DNA from: Candidatus Woesearchaeota archaeon
Lineage (GTDB): Archaea; Nanobdellota; Nanobdellia; Pacearchaeales; GW2011-AR1
DNA length: 64,000 nucleotides
Assembly (NCBI GenBank): GCA_964363345.1
Contig: CAYIHY010000001.1
Location: 7,483 to 71,482 of the forward strand
Direction of reading: 5' to 3'
The notes beneath the pieces were generated by a model. That model did not search any database and had not been told where the DNA came from. It saw only the letters and a list, made by a program, of their open reading frames with translations. Every line of letters starts with the position of its first letter. Position 1 is the first letter of the stretch. Positions 1-9,365 of the stretch are shown piece after piece. Both the position numbers and the translations under genes were made by a program.

Positions 1-38
1 CTTCCTGGAGCTAAGGGAATTACCAAAGAAAATTTCAT
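1..38 (-). CDS. N-terminus of a probable GT2 glycosyltransferase (runs off the window edge)
   Basis: ATG at 38 on minus strand reads MKFSLVIPLAPG, a typical GT2 first beta-strand (xSxxIP); TATA-like TTTTTAAA at 63-70 upstream. Confidence 0.55.
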   Translation of the reverse strand, partial: MKFSLVIPLAPG

Positions 39-136
39 AATTAAAAAATAAGAAGTTTTGTCTTTAAAAATTCATTTATTCTCTAAAGATATCTTCAATA
101 CATTAGTTTTAAAAATTTATTTTATCTCTCTTATTA

Positions 137-1654
137 ATGAATGCACGAGAAAACTCTTTTAACATAAGAGATCAAATAATAAAAAATAGTTTTTGGAATG
201 TTATAAACAGCGGGATAAATCGGGTTGGGAGTTTCATATTAGTAATCTTGCTTTCAAGAATATTGATGCCCGAAGGATTTGGAAGATATTCTTTAGCCCT
301 AACTGTTGCTCTTTTTTTTATGACCTTTTCAGATATGGGGATTAATCAAACGTTGATAAGATATGCTTCTATGGGGATAAATAAAAAAAATGGAAAATCT
401 TCATCTTATTTTCGATATCTTTTAAAAATTAAATTCTTCCTTACTCTTTTTTTATCGGGAATTCTGCTTATTCTCTCATATCCTCTTTCTTTTTATATTT
501 TTCAGGATTCAGAATTATTTATCCCCCTTTTAATTCTTAGCTTTTATGTATTCCTAACTTCATTAACCGGATTTTTCGAATCATTGTTCTTTATTAAAAA
601 AAATGTAAGGTATATATCCTTCAAAGAATCTGCTCTTTTAGTTCTGAAGTTAATTGCAATTTCTTTAATCGGTTATTTAATCATTATTCAGGCAAGATTA
701 GTTTGGATTTTTCTTTCTTTCGTGATTCTCTCCATGTTAACTTTCTTCTTTGATTTTTATTTTTCTAAACGGGCGTATCCCAATCTTTTCCAAAAAACAA
801 AAGAAGAAATAGACAAAAAAGAAATTAGGAAGTTTATTCTTTCTTTAAACGTGCAGAATATCGCATTAACTATTCTTGCCCAAGCGGGCATTCTTTTTTT
901 AGGAATTTTTCTACCTGCAAAATATGTTGGATATTATAACTCTTCTTTGATTATTGTGGCAAGTTTAGCTAATTTATTTCTTTTCTCTTCAGTATTTTTA
1001 CCGATATTAACAAATATGAAAGAAGATAAGTTCAGGAATTTTATTAAAAAAATATTCAGATTATTTTTTCTTATTCTTCTCCCTCTTTCCTTTGGATTAT
1101 CTATCTTATCTAGGTTTTTTATTTTTGCAATATATGGAGAAGACTACCTTCCAGCATGGATTTCCTTAAGCGTGCTAGCATTTTTAATTCCCTGCATAGT
1201 CGGGGTAGATTTATCTTTAGTTTCTTTTTCATCCAAGAATAAATTAAAATCATTTTCCCGACTTATGTTACTCTCAACTTTAATTTTCATTTTTTTAAAT
1301 TATATCTTCTTAAAAATATTTTTAAACTTTTCCCCTGAAGCAGTTTTGGTTGGAGCATCAATTGCTGCACTAATAACATGGTTATTTTGTTTTATTTTTT
1401 CAGTTTTCCTTTTAAAAAAAGAATTAAACTTGCAGGTTATTTCTTCATGGATATTTAAGCCGATTCTTTCCTGCATAATTATGTCAGGATTTTTATTATT
1501 GTTTTTAAGATTTGGAGAAATGACTATATTAAAAGGAATTTTTTCAATTGTTCTTGGAGCCTTGATATATTTAATTTGCCTATTTTTAGTAAAAGGAATA
1601 AAAAAAGAAGAGATTGCTTCAATATTAAAAATAATTTTATCCAGAAAAAATTAA
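137..1654 (+). CDS. Polysaccharide/oligosaccharide flippase (Wzx/RfbX, MOP superfamily)
   Basis: About 14 TM segments; N-terminal KNSFWN...SRILMPEGFGRY...DMGI pattern; VGYYN motif. Confidence 0.88.
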   Translation: MNARENSFNIRDQIIKNSFWNVINSGINRVGSFILVILLSRILMPEGFGRYSLALTVALFFMTFSDMGINQTLIRYASMGINKKNGKSSSYFRYLLKIKFFLTLFLSGILLILSYPLSFYIFQDSELFIPLLILSFYVFLTSLTGFFESLFFIKKNVRYISFKESALLVLKLIAISLIGYLIIIQARLVWIFLSFVILSMLTFFFDFYFSKRAYPNLFQKTKEEIDKKEIRKFILSLNVQNIALTILAQAGILFLGIFLPAKYVGYYNSSLIIVASLANLFLFSSVFLPILTNMKEDKFRNFIKKIFRLFFLILLPLSFGLSILSRFFIFAIYGEDYLPAWISLSVLAFLIPCIVGVDLSLVSFSSKNKLKSFSRLMLLSTLIFIFLNYIFLKIFLNFSPEAVLVGASIAALITWLFCFIFSVFLLKKELNLQVISSWIFKPILSCIIMSGFLLLFLRFGEMTILKGIFSIVLGALIYLICLFLVKGIKKEEIASILKIILSRKN

Positions 1655-2769
1655 TCCTTTAAAATTTCTTTTAAAGAAGTGCAAACATATTTCATCTCCT
1701 CTTCACTTAAATTGCTTGAACTGGGTAAATAAAATCCTCTTAAGCCTATTCTATCTGAAACAGGATAGTCTCCAGAACAATCAGGAGCATTTTCAACAGT
1801 TTTGTTGAGATATGCTGGTTGCTGGTGCATTGGAATAAAAAAACTTCTTGTTTCAATTCCCTTTTCCTTTAATTTTTCTTTTACTTCATCCCTTAATAAT
1901 TTTACGCTTTCATCTAAAACTACTGCATACATCCAGTAAACATTTTTCATTTCTGGTTTTTCTTTTGGTAAAATAAGTCCTTTGGTTCCGTTTAAAAGAA
2001 CATTATATCTTAATCCAATATTTCTTCTAGCTTCAACTAACATTTTAGCATTTTCTACTTGAGCACATCCTATTGCTGCTTGGATATTCGTTAATCTGTA
2101 GTTGAAACCAACTTCGGTATGAGTAAATCTTGGAACATCAAAAGCATGATTTCTTAATTTTTTCATTTCATCGGCGAGAGCTTTATTATTAGTAATACAC
2201 ATTCCTCCCTCGCCGGTTGTTAAAATTTTATTTGCATAAAAACTAAAACACCCAATGTCACTCATTGCTCCGCACATCTTCCAGTGGTATTCTGCCCCGT
2301 GCGCTTCAGCTGCATCCTCTATCACATAAAGATTATATTTTTTCGCTAACTCATTAATCTCGTCCATGTCACAGGGATGTCCATAAATATGAACAGGCAT
2401 TATTGCTTTTGTATTTGGAGTAATTTTTTCTTCTATTTTTTTAACATCAATGCAATAAGTTTCTTTGTCGCAATCAACAAGAACGGGTTTTGCCCCGGTG
2501 AATATAACTGCATTTATCGAAGCGGCCATAGTGAATGTTGGAACAATAACCTCATCCCCTTTTTTTAAACCTAATGCCGCACAGGCTAAATGTAACGCAG
2601 CTAAACCGCTGGTGCAACAAACCCCATAATCTGCCCCACAGAATTTAGCAAAATCTTCTTCAAATTTTTCAATATATTTCCCACCGCTGCTTATCCAATT
2701 AGTATCAATCGCATCATCTACATATTTTTTTTCATTTCCAGGAAGCCAAGGTTTGCATACAGGAATCAT
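1651..2769 (-). CDS. DegT/DnrJ/EryC1/StrS aminotransferase, probable GDP-perosamine synthase
   Basis: WISSGGKYI, EDAAEAHG, SFYANKILTTGEGG (PLP lysine), GFNYRLTNIQAA; same operon as gmd. Confidence 0.88.
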   Translation of the reverse strand: MIPVCKPWLPGNEKKYVDDAIDTNWISSGGKYIEKFEEDFAKFCGADYGVCCTSGLAALHLACAALGLKKGDEVIVPTFTMAASINAVIFTGAKPVLVDCDKETYCIDVKKIEEKITPNTKAIMPVHIYGHPCDMDEINELAKKYNLYVIEDAAEAHGAEYHWKMCGAMSDIGCFSFYANKILTTGEGGMCITNNKALADEMKKLRNHAFDVPRFTHTEVGFNYRLTNIQAAIGCAQVENAKMLVEARRNIGLRYNVLLNGTKGLILPKEKPEMKNVYWMYAVVLDESVKLLRDEVKEKLKEKGIETRSFFIPMHQQPAYLNKTVENAPDCSGDYPVSDRIGLRGFYLPSSSNLSEEEMKYVCTSLKEILKD

Positions 2770-3173
2770 TTTATATATTCTTTCTCTCCTTCTCTGTAAG
2801 GTCCCTGCTTTATCGCTATATATTTTGTTCCTTTTTCTAAACTTTTTAATTCATGTCCCGAATTTAATATTATAAACTCTCCTGGGTTAAGAGTTCTTTC
2901 TGTAAATTTTTCATCTTTTTTAGAATAAATACCAACACTTATTTTTCCCTGAATAACATATATGAATTCTTGAGCAGCTAAAAAATTTAAATTTTCAAAA
3001 GGAGGATGTTTATGCGGGGCCCAGTAATCTTCTTGATTAGAATTTTGTACAACAAGCTGAATGCCAAATTCATTAGGAGTAATGAAGTTAGATTTCCCCC
3101 CTATTTCTTTAGTTTTTCCAACTATCGCTAATATTTTATCTTTATCTAAAATCTGCTCAATATTTTTGGACAT
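2766..3173 (-). CDS. Cupin-fold protein (WbuC-like, sugar-nucleotide cluster)
   Basis: PHKH...QE...GHE...KQGPY cupin motifs. Confidence 0.7.
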   Translation of the reverse strand: MSKNIEQILDKDKILAIVGKTKEIGGKSNFITPNEFGIQLVVQNSNQEDYWAPHKHPPFENLNFLAAQEFIYVIQGKISVGIYSKKDEKFTERTLNPGEFIILNSGHELKSLEKGTKYIAIKQGPYREGEKEYIK

Positions 3174-3188
3174 TTTTATTATTTTTTC

Positions 3189-3566
3189 TTAAATATTTAC
3201 TCTCACCACATCATCTTCATAACCTGTTCCTGCTCTAGACAAGCTTATCATATCAATCATATCTGAATCTTCTAATGCCTTAAAAACATGCACAATATTT
3301 GAATTTATTGTAATCATTTCTCCAGCATTCAATATGAAAGTTTCCCTTTCTTCAAGATTATCTGGATTAGCAACAGTAACTTCAAATTTACCTTTTAAAA
3401 TATAACTATATTGTATAGACTGTTTGTGGTAATGCTTTGCCCTTACAACCCCTTTTTTAGTTACTATAAATCCTACATGGCTAACTTCTTTATTTAAAAT
3501 ATCAGTTATTGTCCCTCTTTCATCAATATGCACCGGACTTATTTTTTCAACTGTTACTCCTTCCAT
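3189..3566 (-). CDS. Cupin-fold sugar ketoisomerase/epimerase-like protein (FdtA/WxcM/RmlC-like)
   Basis: DERG, RAKHYHK and second-motif H; context of NDP-sugar genes. Confidence 0.7.
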   Translation of the reverse strand: MEGVTVEKISPVHIDERGTITDILNKEVSHVGFIVTKKGVVRAKHYHKQSIQYSYILKGKFEVTVANPDNLEERETFILNAGEMITINSNIVHVFKALEDSDMIDMISLSRAGTGYEDDVVRVNI

Positions 3567-3567
3567 T

Positions 3568-4848
3568 TTATTTTTTTATCCCCTTATCTATGTTAATATA
3601 ACTTCTTATTTCTATACCTTGGGGAGTGATGGGATTTATAAATCTTCCTCCGTTGTCAGAAAATTTTTTATTATTTCTAATAATCTCCTCAGCAAAATTC
3701 CATGCAAAGATTATCCCATAATCTGGTTTATCCTCTAAAATTTTATTTTCATCGACAATTGGAATATGCATTCCGGGGGTGTAATTTCCTAATTTTATTA
3801 TTGATTTTTCTGTAGAATAATCAATAAGATTACTATCAATCTTGCAATAATTCAAAAGGGTATTTCCTTTCGCAGGGGCGCTGATTCCAATAATCTTATT
3901 GCCTTGCTTTTTTAATTCCCTCAGCAATTCAACAAACTGTTTTTTATGATTTTTTACTCTATCCGAAAAATTGTTCAATATTTCTTTTTTGTAAATTCCT
4001 TTTTCATTTTCTAAATCCAAAAACTTTTTTACATTTTCTTCAATCTTTCTTTTTCCATTCCAACAGACAAATACTCTTATTGAAGTTCCATGTATACTGT
4101 ATTTTTCAACATCAAATACATCCATCCCCCATTTGTTAAAAAAGTTAACTAAAGGTTTTACCGAGGTATATTCCAAATGGTCAATGTAAATTGTGTCATA
4201 TTCTAAATTATCAATTAAATCAACTAGATATGGTGCTTCAATTATAAAAACTCCTTCATCATCAAGCATAATCTTCAAGCTTTCCATTAATGATCCCTTG
4301 TTATCTATATGTGCAAAAACATTTGTTCCCGTTATAACTTTTGCTTTTCCCTTAAGTGAAACTATTCTTTCTGCCACTTTTTGATTGATGAATTCTTGCC
4401 AGGTTTCAATTCCGTTTTCATTTGCAATTTTTGCAATTTTAGGTGCAGGGTCAATTCCAAGAATTCTCATTCCATTTTTTTTGAATCCTTCAAGTAAAAC
4501 TCCGACATTGCTTCCTATATCAACTGCGAGGGAATTTTTTTCAAGATTAAGTTTTTTGCAGACTAAATCTGCCATCTCCCAAAAATGTTCCCTTCCCGTT
4601 TTGGTAATTGAAGATTCATACAGATATTTTTTTCCATATAATATCTCGGGATTTGGAGCATAGGTTAATTGGGTTAATCCACAATTTGAGCATTGACAAA
4701 CTTTCAGCGGAAAAAATATTTCTGGTTCATTAATTTCTTCAGAGGAAAGAATTCCATCTGCGGGGGGCATGAATCCCAAATCCAAAAAATTATACAAATT
4801 TTCAGAACCGCACATTCTGCAATTTGTTATTTTTCTTCCAAATTCCAT
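3568..4848 (-). CDS. NDP-hexose C3-methyltransferase (TylC3/TcaB9-like)
   Basis: N-terminal CxxC/CxxC zinc site, DIGSNVG, NVFAH, DTIY, HGTSIR, SAPAKGNTLLNYC, AWNF. Confidence 0.9.
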   Translation of the reverse strand: MEFGRKITNCRMCGSENLYNFLDLGFMPPADGILSSEEINEPEIFFPLKVCQCSNCGLTQLTYAPNPEILYGKKYLYESSITKTGREHFWEMADLVCKKLNLEKNSLAVDIGSNVGVLLEGFKKNGMRILGIDPAPKIAKIANENGIETWQEFINQKVAERIVSLKGKAKVITGTNVFAHIDNKGSLMESLKIMLDDEGVFIIEAPYLVDLIDNLEYDTIYIDHLEYTSVKPLVNFFNKWGMDVFDVEKYSIHGTSIRVFVCWNGKRKIEENVKKFLDLENEKGIYKKEILNNFSDRVKNHKKQFVELLRELKKQGNKIIGISAPAKGNTLLNYCKIDSNLIDYSTEKSIIKLGNYTPGMHIPIVDENKILEDKPDYGIIFAWNFAEEIIRNNKKFSDNGGRFINPITPQGIEIRSYINIDKGIKK

Positions 4849-6008
4849 TAGTTATCCTCTTCGTGTAATTTAATCCCATATTTTTCTGCAAATTCTAAAA
4901 GAGGTTTTATTGCAGAACTTATTTTTTCCCCGATTTCTTTTTCTCTGCCTAAAATATAAGCCTCTTTTCTAACTAAATCTAAATCATGCTCAGACATCTT
5001 TCTTACGAGTTCCTTAAATTTTGTTTTTGGTTCCCAACCTAATTTTGTTTTTGCTTTAGAAGGATTTGCGCATAAAAGTTCTACTTCTGCAGGTCTGAAA
5101 TATTTTGGATCAATTTTTACTATTATTTTTCCATTTTCATCTAAGTATTCTTCTTCAATTCCTTTTTTTCCATTTGAATGAATCTTAATCCCTAAAACTT
5201 TTGCAACCTCTTCTAAAAATTCTCTTACCGAATGAGTTTCGCCAGTTCCGATCACATAATCCCCCGGTTCATCCTGTTGCAGCATCAACCACATTGCTTC
5301 GACAAAATCCTCAGAATGTCCCCAATCTCTTTTAGCCTCCAAATTTCCCAGAGAAAAATTTTCTATCAATCCTAGTTTTATTTGAGCCAAGGACTTAGTT
5401 ATCTTTCTTGTAACAAAATTTTCCCCCCTTCTTTCTGATTCGTGATTAAATAAGATTCCATTAGATGCATGTATCCCATAAGATTCTCGATAATTTACGG
5501 TTATCCAATAAGAATAAACTTTTGAACATCCATATGGGCTTCTCGGATAAAATGGGGTTTTTTCTGATTGAGGAACTTCTGCAACTTTTCCAAACATTTC
5601 TGAAGAAGAGGCCTGATAAAATTTTGCTTTTGGACAGAGGTCCTTTATAGCTTCTAATAATCTGAGTGAACCTAACCCCGTAATTTCGGATGTGTTTTCT
5701 GGAATATCAAAACTAATCCTCACGTGGCTCTGGGCTCCCAAATTATAAATCTCGTCGGGCATAACTTCTTTTATTATTTTTTTTAGAGAAGAAGAATCTG
5801 TCAAGTCCCCATAATGAAGCACAATTCCTTCTGAATCTTCAAAGAATCTTTTTCCTTTGCTAAGATGTTCAATTCTTTCCGTATTAAAACTACTCGATCT
5901 TCTGACAATGCCATGGACTTCATACCCTTTTTTTAATAAAAATTCTGCAAGATAACTCCCATCTTGCCCGGTGATTCCAGTAATCAGAGCCTTCTTTTTT
6001 AATTCCAT
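4848..6008 (-). CDS. gmd: GDP-mannose 4,6-dehydratase
   Basis: [44 protein letters not shown] 6008 preferred over TTG 6014 (TATA 21 nt upstream). Confidence 0.95.
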   Translation of the reverse strand: MELKKKALITGITGQDGSYLAEFLLKKGYEVHGIVRRSSSFNTERIEHLSKGKRFFEDSEGIVLHYGDLTDSSSLKKIIKEVMPDEIYNLGAQSHVRISFDIPENTSEITGLGSLRLLEAIKDLCPKAKFYQASSSEMFGKVAEVPQSEKTPFYPRSPYGCSKVYSYWITVNYRESYGIHASNGILFNHESERRGENFVTRKITKSLAQIKLGLIENFSLGNLEAKRDWGHSEDFVEAMWLMLQQDEPGDYVIGTGETHSVREFLEEVAKVLGIKIHSNGKKGIEEEYLDENGKIIVKIDPKYFRPAEVELLCANPSKAKTKLGWEPKTKFKELVRKMSEHDLDLVRKEAYILGREKEIGEKISSAIKPLLEFAEKYGIKLHEEDN

Positions 6009-6123
6009 ATTCAATTTTCATTGGGATACCTTAAATACTTTATTGAAGACAAATATATATCAAAAAAAGCAATATAACTCAGATAATTTATTTTTTGAAG
6101 AGTTTTTTTTATTAATTTAGAGA

Positions 6124-7002
6124 TTAATAAAAATCTTCTTGGATTATACTTTCTAATGCACCTAATGTGGAAAAAATAATCTCTGATTTTTCTCGCATCT
6201 TTTCTTCTTTTATCATCCTTTGCAAAGAGGGATAATTTTTAATAGAAATAAATTTTTTATGTTCTCTTTCTTTAACATTCTTTTTCCACGCTTCTGAGAG
6301 AAAATAAAACTGAGGGATATTGATTTTTACCAAATAACAAAAGTCTAAGTCATCTCCATTCATTTTTGGGTCTGAAAAAAGACCTAAAATTTTTAAATCA
6401 GCTATTTCTTCCAGAGAAATTCCAACTTCTTCATTAATTTCTCTTATCATTTCTTTTTTTAAACTAATCATAGAAGGATTTTCTTGATAGTCAACATTAC
6501 CTGCAATTCCTTGAAGTAATCCGTCATATATATCTTTTTGAACTTGCCTTTCTCCGACTATAATCCTTCTATCCGAAGTTAGAATAATTCCCGTTACTCC
6601 GAGATTTCTTCCAAAAAATGCATAGGGGTCATTAAAGTACCTTTTTCCCAATCTTGTTAATTTCTGTGTCTCATCTCGAGTTCTTTTTTTCTTTTCTATA
6701 ACATCTAAAAAAGTAATGTGACCAAGTTTAATAGTAAGTTTAGAATTAGAAAATGATGATGAATCATATCTCATCTTTCTATCATCATAAGGGCTATTTG
6801 AGCCGTCGCTTATTTTTCCTTCTTTTATCATCGGATTGAGAATATTTTCATCATACCAAGAGATATCTCTCCTATTTAACGGGCTTTTATAATCTGCCCT
6901 ACATAAACCGGGAAGGATAGAAATCTCCTTTAAACTACTGCAATTTTCCCTAGATATTTCAATTCCTTCTACACTTTTTTCTATCTCATATTTGGAGTTC
7001 AT
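6124..7002 (-). CDS. Nudix hydrolase, NUDT22-like (possible NDP-sugar pyrophosphatase)
   Basis: LGVTGIILTSD..IIVGER strand and REINEEVGI Nudix helix. Confidence 0.65.
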   Translation of the reverse strand: MNSKYEIEKSVEGIEISRENCSSLKEISILPGLCRADYKSPLNRRDISWYDENILNPMIKEGKISDGSNSPYDDRKMRYDSSSFSNSKLTIKLGHITFLDVIEKKKRTRDETQKLTRLGKRYFNDPYAFFGRNLGVTGIILTSDRRIIVGERQVQKDIYDGLLQGIAGNVDYQENPSMISLKKEMIREINEEVGISLEEIADLKILGLFSDPKMNGDDLDFCYLVKINIPQFYFLSEAWKKNVKEREHKKFISIKNYPSLQRMIKEEKMREKSEIIFSTLGALESIIQEDFY

Positions 7003-7024
7003 TTCCTCCCCAAAAAAAAGAACT

Positions 7025-8206
7025 CTATAAACTTTTCTGTTTAGAGTTTTCCCATTCTTTTAAAAGTTCAGAACTTGAGCGTATTTTTCCTCCGCCCACG
7101 TTAAAAATCACCTGACATCCTATTTTTTTACAAGCTTCAATTTCCTTTTCGGAAAATTGACTTAAACTGATCACATCCCCCCCTTTAGCGATAATATTTG
7201 GTTTTATTTTTAATATAACCTCACTAATCTCGGTTTTATCACTTTCTAAGGTTACGACTTCATCTACACAGTTTAATTCTTCAATTATTGCCTTTCTATC
7301 TTCTGCAGGCATAAATACTTTGCCCTTCTTATTCCGGATATAACTATCCCCATCTATAACTACAATTAATTTACCCCCAAGTTTTTTTGCTTCTTTAAAA
7401 TGGGTTAAATGCCCTAAATGGAGAGGGTCAAATCCCCCACTAACCATAATAATTTTATCTTCCTTTTTTTGTCCGATTAAAATCATATTCCAATCTTTTT
7501 CACTTAGTTCTTTATTTATTTCGAAAGAAGGACATTGTTGAATTAATTCTATTCCTTCATCTTCGGCATACTTCCTTAATTCTTGAGGAAAGAAAAATCT
7601 TACTTTATGTTTTTCTTCATAACTATCAATTAAATTTCCATCCTCAAAAACACTGATGTCAAATCTGATATCTACAGAATGATGCGCGTAATCTATAATA
7701 GGAAAACTTTTTCTAACAATTTTTAATCTTTCAACTTCCATAATTTTTTCCCGAGAAGAAGGGGGTTCATGAATCACCCCCAGACCATTCCAGCAGTCAA
7801 TTAGGAGCAATCCATTTTCATTCAAATGTTTTCTGGCAGTCTTAAAGAAATTTTCTATTTGTTTATTTTCAGTTAAATATCCTATCGCCGAAAACATGCA
7901 AATTATACAATCAAATTTTTCATTTATATCAAAATTAGACATGTCCCCCACAAGAAAATTCATGCCTGGATTCTTCTCTTTTGCTATTTGAATCATCTTT
8001 GGAGAAAGATCCAACCCAGTAATGTTATATCCTCTCTTTGCTAATTCTGCATCATGGATTCCGGTTCCACAGCCCAGATCCAAAATTTTTTTAATCGGTA
8101 AAACAGATTTTTTAAAAACCCCATCTAAAAAATCACATTCTTTACTATAATCCTTTCCCCGATTAAATAAATCATAATACTCTGCATAATTTTTATTGAA
8201 ACTCAT
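7025..8206 (-). CDS. Class I SAM methyltransferase fused to a C-terminal cytidylyltransferase-family (TagD/RibL-like) domain
   Basis: ILDLGCGTG in the N-terminal part; SGGFDPLHLGH (HxGH), KGGD and RSSS in the C-terminal ~145 aa. Confidence 0.85.
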   Translation of the reverse strand: MSFNKNYAEYYDLFNRGKDYSKECDFLDGVFKKSVLPIKKILDLGCGTGIHDAELAKRGYNITGLDLSPKMIQIAKEKNPGMNFLVGDMSNFDINEKFDCIICMFSAIGYLTENKQIENFFKTARKHLNENGLLLIDCWNGLGVIHEPPSSREKIMEVERLKIVRKSFPIIDYAHHSVDIRFDISVFEDGNLIDSYEEKHKVRFFFPQELRKYAEDEGIELIQQCPSFEINKELSEKDWNMILIGQKKEDKIIMVSGGFDPLHLGHLTHFKEAKKLGGKLIVVIDGDSYIRNKKGKVFMPAEDRKAIIEELNCVDEVVTLESDKTEISEVILKIKPNIIAKGGDVISLSQFSEKEIEACKKIGCQVIFNVGGGKIRSSSELLKEWENSKQKSL

Positions 8207-8207
8207 T

Positions 8208-9353
8208 TTAATTTTCTTCCAGAATTTTTTTTAATCTTTTGATAAAATTTTTTTCTGAAAAAAATTCTGCTCTTTTTGAGAATTTATTCGGGTTTAATTT
8301 CCCTTCCTCTATCTTTGAAATTATCTCTTTTAATTTTTCTGCTCCTTCTTGAACATCATTAAAACCATAACCATATTTCCCTTTGTCAAGTACTTCAAGA
8401 TAAGCACCGCTTTCTTTTTGCACCAAGATAATGCTCCCCGTAGCTAAAGCTTCAACAGAAGTTAAAGTCATGCTAACTTTTTTTTGAGAATCAATTAATA
8501 CGCTCGATTCTAAAAGGAGTCTTTTTACTTCTTCAAATAACGGGCTTTCAATTATTTTCACTCTATCTGATATCCCCAATTTATGGATAACCTTATTCAA
8601 ATATTCTGTATAAGTTTTCGTATCCGCAGTTCCTCCCCCAAAAATAACTAAATTGTATTCGGGGAAATTTTTTGTTCCAATAGCAAAGATGCGGATTGAA
8701 TCTTCAATGGACTTATTGGGGGTAATTCTTCCAAATACTGAAACTTGTTTTTTCTTTTTTCTTTTTTCATCCAGAAAAGTATCAATTTTTATCTCGGGAT
8801 ATAAAAATATATCCTGACAATTTATTCCCCATAATTTTAATTCCTCTTTAGTCCAATTATCAACGACATAAACTTTGTGATTTTTGCTGGGGATGCAATT
8901 TTTTGAGCCAAGTAAAATTTTAATAAATTCTTTTGTATTCCTGGAAAAACTATTCTTAACCCATGGTCTCTTTAATCCGATGCAGGAAAATCTCCAAATT
9001 ATATATTTTTTATCAAAATTTTTAGGAAGATATTTATGAACAATTCCCCCATCGATATCAATAATTAAATCTACTTCTTTTGCCATCTCAAGAAACTCTT
9101 TTTTCATAAATCTCCTTGGTAAAAAATTTCCCTTGCAGACAAAAGATTTAATTTTTCCGGGATAATAAATTTTTTTTACTTTAATTTTCCCAAAAAGACT
9201 TTCTATTTTTTTATAATCTAACTTAAAAGGAGTGAGAAGATATACTTCCCTATCTAATTTGTTTAATGCACTAATAAAATCAACTAATACTTTTGGGGCC
9301 CCCCCCGCAGAAGAGATATCAAACATCACAACTAATCCTATTTTTTTATTCAT
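8208..9353 (-). CDS. GT4 (GT-B) glycosyltransferase
   Basis: GGAPKV N-terminal loop, FGRITPNK, SMTLTSVEALATG. Confidence 0.8.
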   Translation of the reverse strand: MNKKIGLVVMFDISSAGGAPKVLVDFISALNKLDREVYLLTPFKLDYKKIESLFGKIKVKKIYYPGKIKSFVCKGNFLPRRFMKKEFLEMAKEVDLIIDIDGGIVHKYLPKNFDKKYIIWRFSCIGLKRPWVKNSFSRNTKEFIKILLGSKNCIPSKNHKVYVVDNWTKEELKLWGINCQDIFLYPEIKIDTFLDEKRKKKKQVSVFGRITPNKSIEDSIRIFAIGTKNFPEYNLVIFGGGTADTKTYTEYLNKVIHKLGISDRVKIIESPLFEEVKRLLLESSVLIDSQKKVSMTLTSVEALATGSIILVQKESGAYLEVLDKGKYGYGFNDVQEGAEKLKEIISKIEEGKLNPNKFSKRAEFFSEKNFIKRLKKILEEN

Positions 9354-9365
9354 TTTAGATAATAT

